Origin: Candidatus Bathyarchaeum tardum
GTDB lineage: Archaea > Thermoproteota > Bathyarchaeia > Bathyarchaeales > Bathyarchaeaceae
Direction of reading: 5' to 3'
Assembly (NCBI GenBank): GCA_024650005.2
Contig: CP122380.1
Coordinates: forward strand, 896,001-960,000
DNA: 64,000 bases
Positions 61,869-64,000 of the stretch are shown one piece after another. Position 1 is the stretch's first letter. Each line of letters opens with the position of its first letter. The position numbers were made by a program, and so were the translations under genes. The notes under the pieces are model-generated. The model saw nothing but the letters and a program-made list of their open reading frames with translations, was not told where the DNA came from and searched no databases.

Positions 61869-63067
61869 GATGACGCTTTTACCTTTTTAGCAAACTCTTG
61901 ACCAAACTCATAACATTTCTGCAATTCTTCTTTGTTTGGAACCCACTTTGTCGTTAACGCAGGTGCAACTAAATCCATGCCTGAAAGTTTCAATGATTTT
62001 TCTATCGTAGCAGTTGCTCCTCCGCCCCAACCATATGAGCCAAACACGGCAGCAATCTTGTTTTTTGGTCTGAGTCCTTCCATTTCTCTTAGGAATGGGG
62101 ATACTGTCGGCAAAACACCATTGTTGATTGTTGATGAGCCAACAAGAATTGCTTTGGTTTCCAGAAATTCTCCAATAATATCACCATTGTCCGAACAAGG
62201 AAACCGATACAGTGTAGCTTCTAGTCCCTCACTAACTATTCCATCTAAAATTGCTTTGGCCATTTTTTCAGTGCTTTTCCACATTGTATCATAAACAATT
62301 ATTACTTTTTTGTCTGCTTCGCCTTTTGCCCATTTCAGGTATGCTGTAATAATTTTCATTGGGTCTTTTCGCCAGATCATTCCATGGCTTGGAGCAATCA
62401 TTTCAATTTTCAAGCCAAGCTTTTGTACCTCTTCAATCTTTTTTAACACTAATGCACTGTAAAGCCACAAAATGTTTGCATAATATTTTCCAGCTTCCCA
62501 CATGAGTATGTCTTGATCTACTTCATCATCGAATCGCTTTGAAGACGCTAAATGTTGACCAAACCCGTCGTTAGACAACAACAAAGCATCTTTTTCTATA
62601 TACGTGAACATTGAATCTGGCCAATGAAGCATCCGAGCTTCAAGAAACGTTAAAGTTCTTTCACCCAAATTCAATGTGTCACCTGTTTTCACTGTTTGGA
62701 ATTTCCAGTTCCCAAAATAGTGCTTTTCAAGTCCTGCTTTACAGCTTTCAGTGCCTACAATTGTTGCATTAGGTGCCAGTTTGAGGATATCTTTGATTGC
62801 CCCTGAATGGTCTGATTCAACATGGTTTGCAATAATGTAATCGATTTTTGATGGGTCAATTATTTCTTTGATTTTTTCAATCATTTCTCTTGAAAATGGA
62901 TGGGATACTGTATCCACTAGGGCTATTTTTTTGTCGATAATTAGGTATGCGTTGTATGTTGTTCCACGATGGGTGGAGTATGAAAATCCGTGAAAGTGTC
63001 TGACGTTCCAATCCACGGCTCCGACCCAAAAAATGTTTTCTAAAACTTTTGTTGGAGGCAAAATCAT
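61865..63067 (-). CDS. fprA: flavodiiron protein (FprA)
   Basis: GTTYNAYL, NHVESDHSG, LHWPDSM, SNDGFGQH, APSHG, flavodoxin motifs YDTMWKSTE and FGSYGWGG. Confidence 0.95.
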   Translation of the reverse strand: MILPPTKVLENIFWVGAVDWNVRHFHGFSYSTHRGTTYNAYLIIDKKIALVDTVSHPFSREMIEKIKEIIDPSKIDYIIANHVESDHSGAIKDILKLAPNATIVGTESCKAGLEKHYFGNWKFQTVKTGDTLNLGERTLTFLEARMLHWPDSMFTYIEKDALLLSNDGFGQHLASSKRFDDEVDQDILMWEAGKYYANILWLYSALVLKKIEEVQKLGLKIEMIAPSHGMIWRKDPMKIITAYLKWAKGEADKKVIIVYDTMWKSTEKMAKAILDGIVSEGLEATLYRFPCSDNGDIIGEFLETKAILVGSSTINNGVLPTVSPFLREMEGLRPKNKIAAVFGSYGWGGGATATIEKSLKLSGMDLVAPALTTKWVPNKEELQKCYEFGQEFAKKVKASS

Positions 63068-63328
63068 TCACCTATAACATAGTTATATTTCAAGTCCTAT
63101 TAACCTTACCGAAATCGAAAAAAATATTTTTTTGGTAAATCTACAATAATCTATCTTTTTTTACGTTTTTTATTTTGAATTATTTAATTTGTGATTAATT
63201 GTGGCATAATTCTGAAAAAGCCTTTTAACTAATTTTTTTGAAAACCTCAAAACATGAGTTTTCTACACGAAAACTCATGGCTATACAAAAAATTGGGGAA
63301 AAACCAAATGGACAAAAGACTGCAAACA

Positions 63329-64000
63329 ATGAAAAACATGTTAAAAGTAACTTCAAAACTTTTGTTAATCACTGCTTTATGTTCTGTTTCGGTAATTGCT
63401 GTTCTTTTTCCTTCTTTGTCTGTTTATGCGTCAACTTCAAACATTTCTGGTTTTCTTGAAAATGAAAACGGAGAGCCCTTAGGATTAGTTAAAGTTCAAT
63501 TACTTTCTGGCTCATCAATCATTGCGACAAGTACAAGCTCATCAAATGGGCGTTTCGAACTAACTAACATCAATTTTGGAACATATACCCTGAAATTTAT
63601 TAAATATGGGTATGCAGAAACTGAACAAACCATTAGTTTACAAAATTCAGAAACTAATGTGGGCACTGTTGTTTTGAATAATGCCATAGAACTGTCCAGC
63701 TCAACATTAAGCGTAATAACTAATCCCGATGCTCAAATCTCAATTTCATTTACAATCAAAAATTTTGGTTCTTCAACCCAAACCGTGGACCTTTTAACCA
63801 CAAATCCCGATGATTGGTATTCCAAGATCAGCACCAACAGTTATGAAATCAAAAAAGTGTCTTTAACTGTTGGACAGAGCATGTCCCTTCAGTTGGACTT
63901 TATTGTTCCATCAACTGCTTCTATTGATAATGAATACAATGTTTCAGTAATCGCAGTTGGACCTGTTAACTCATCTTTTACTTTTGTGGTTCAGATCAGA
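63329..64000 (+). CDS. secreted protein with carboxypeptidase-regulatory-like and Ig-like domains (runs off the window)
   Basis: Open frame to window end; signal peptide, GRFELTNINFGTYTL..KYGY, FTIKNFG. Confidence 0.75.
   Translation, partial: MKNMLKVTSKLLLITALCSVSVIAVLFPSLSVYASTSNISGFLENENGEPLGLVKVQLLSGSSIIATSTSSSNGRFELTNINFGTYTLKFIKYGYAETEQTISLQNSETNVGTVVLNNAIELSSSTLSVITNPDAQISISFTIKNFGSSTQTVDLLTTNPDDWYSKISTNSYEIKKVSLTVGQSMSLQLDFIVPSTASIDNEYNVSVIAVGPVNSSFTFVVQIR

Overview
Archaeal chromosomal window. The gene set (type IB topoisomerase, class I LysRS, PoK/PPS CoA pathway, paralogous PQQ-like beta-propeller surface proteins, Lrp regulators) best fits a TACK archaeon such as Bathyarchaeia, which is an inference. 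Layout: (1) 1-15 kb: RNase P RNA divergent from a stand-alone 23S rRNA gene, two radical SAM genes, an SPFH/zinc-ribbon pair and a GC-richer catalase. (2) 15-28 kb: a tightly coupled CoA operon that has an HPS-RraA aldolase fusion but no panB, then lysS and tRNA-Gly(CCC). (3) 28-49.1 kb: a ~21 kb integrated element bounded by an 18-bp tRNA 3'-end repeat. It carries a tyrosine integrase, a terminase fragment, an ABC-ATPase/GNAT fusion, AbiE, a broken RelBE, a truncated PLD nuclease and two beta-propeller cassettes with conserved flanks and a bulged hairpin. (4) 49-55 kb: a second accessory tract with a metal ATPase, a small peptide plus EpeE/YydG-like radical SAM, and a HEPN protein. (5) 55-64 kb: housekeeping genes (tsr3, nnr, topo IB, PUA, NAC, trmO, fprA). 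Top hypotheses: a folate-independent PanB replacement, an archaeal epipeptide-like RiPP locus, and a BHB-like hairpin/cassette system. All family assignments come from motif recognition by eye; no database searches were run.
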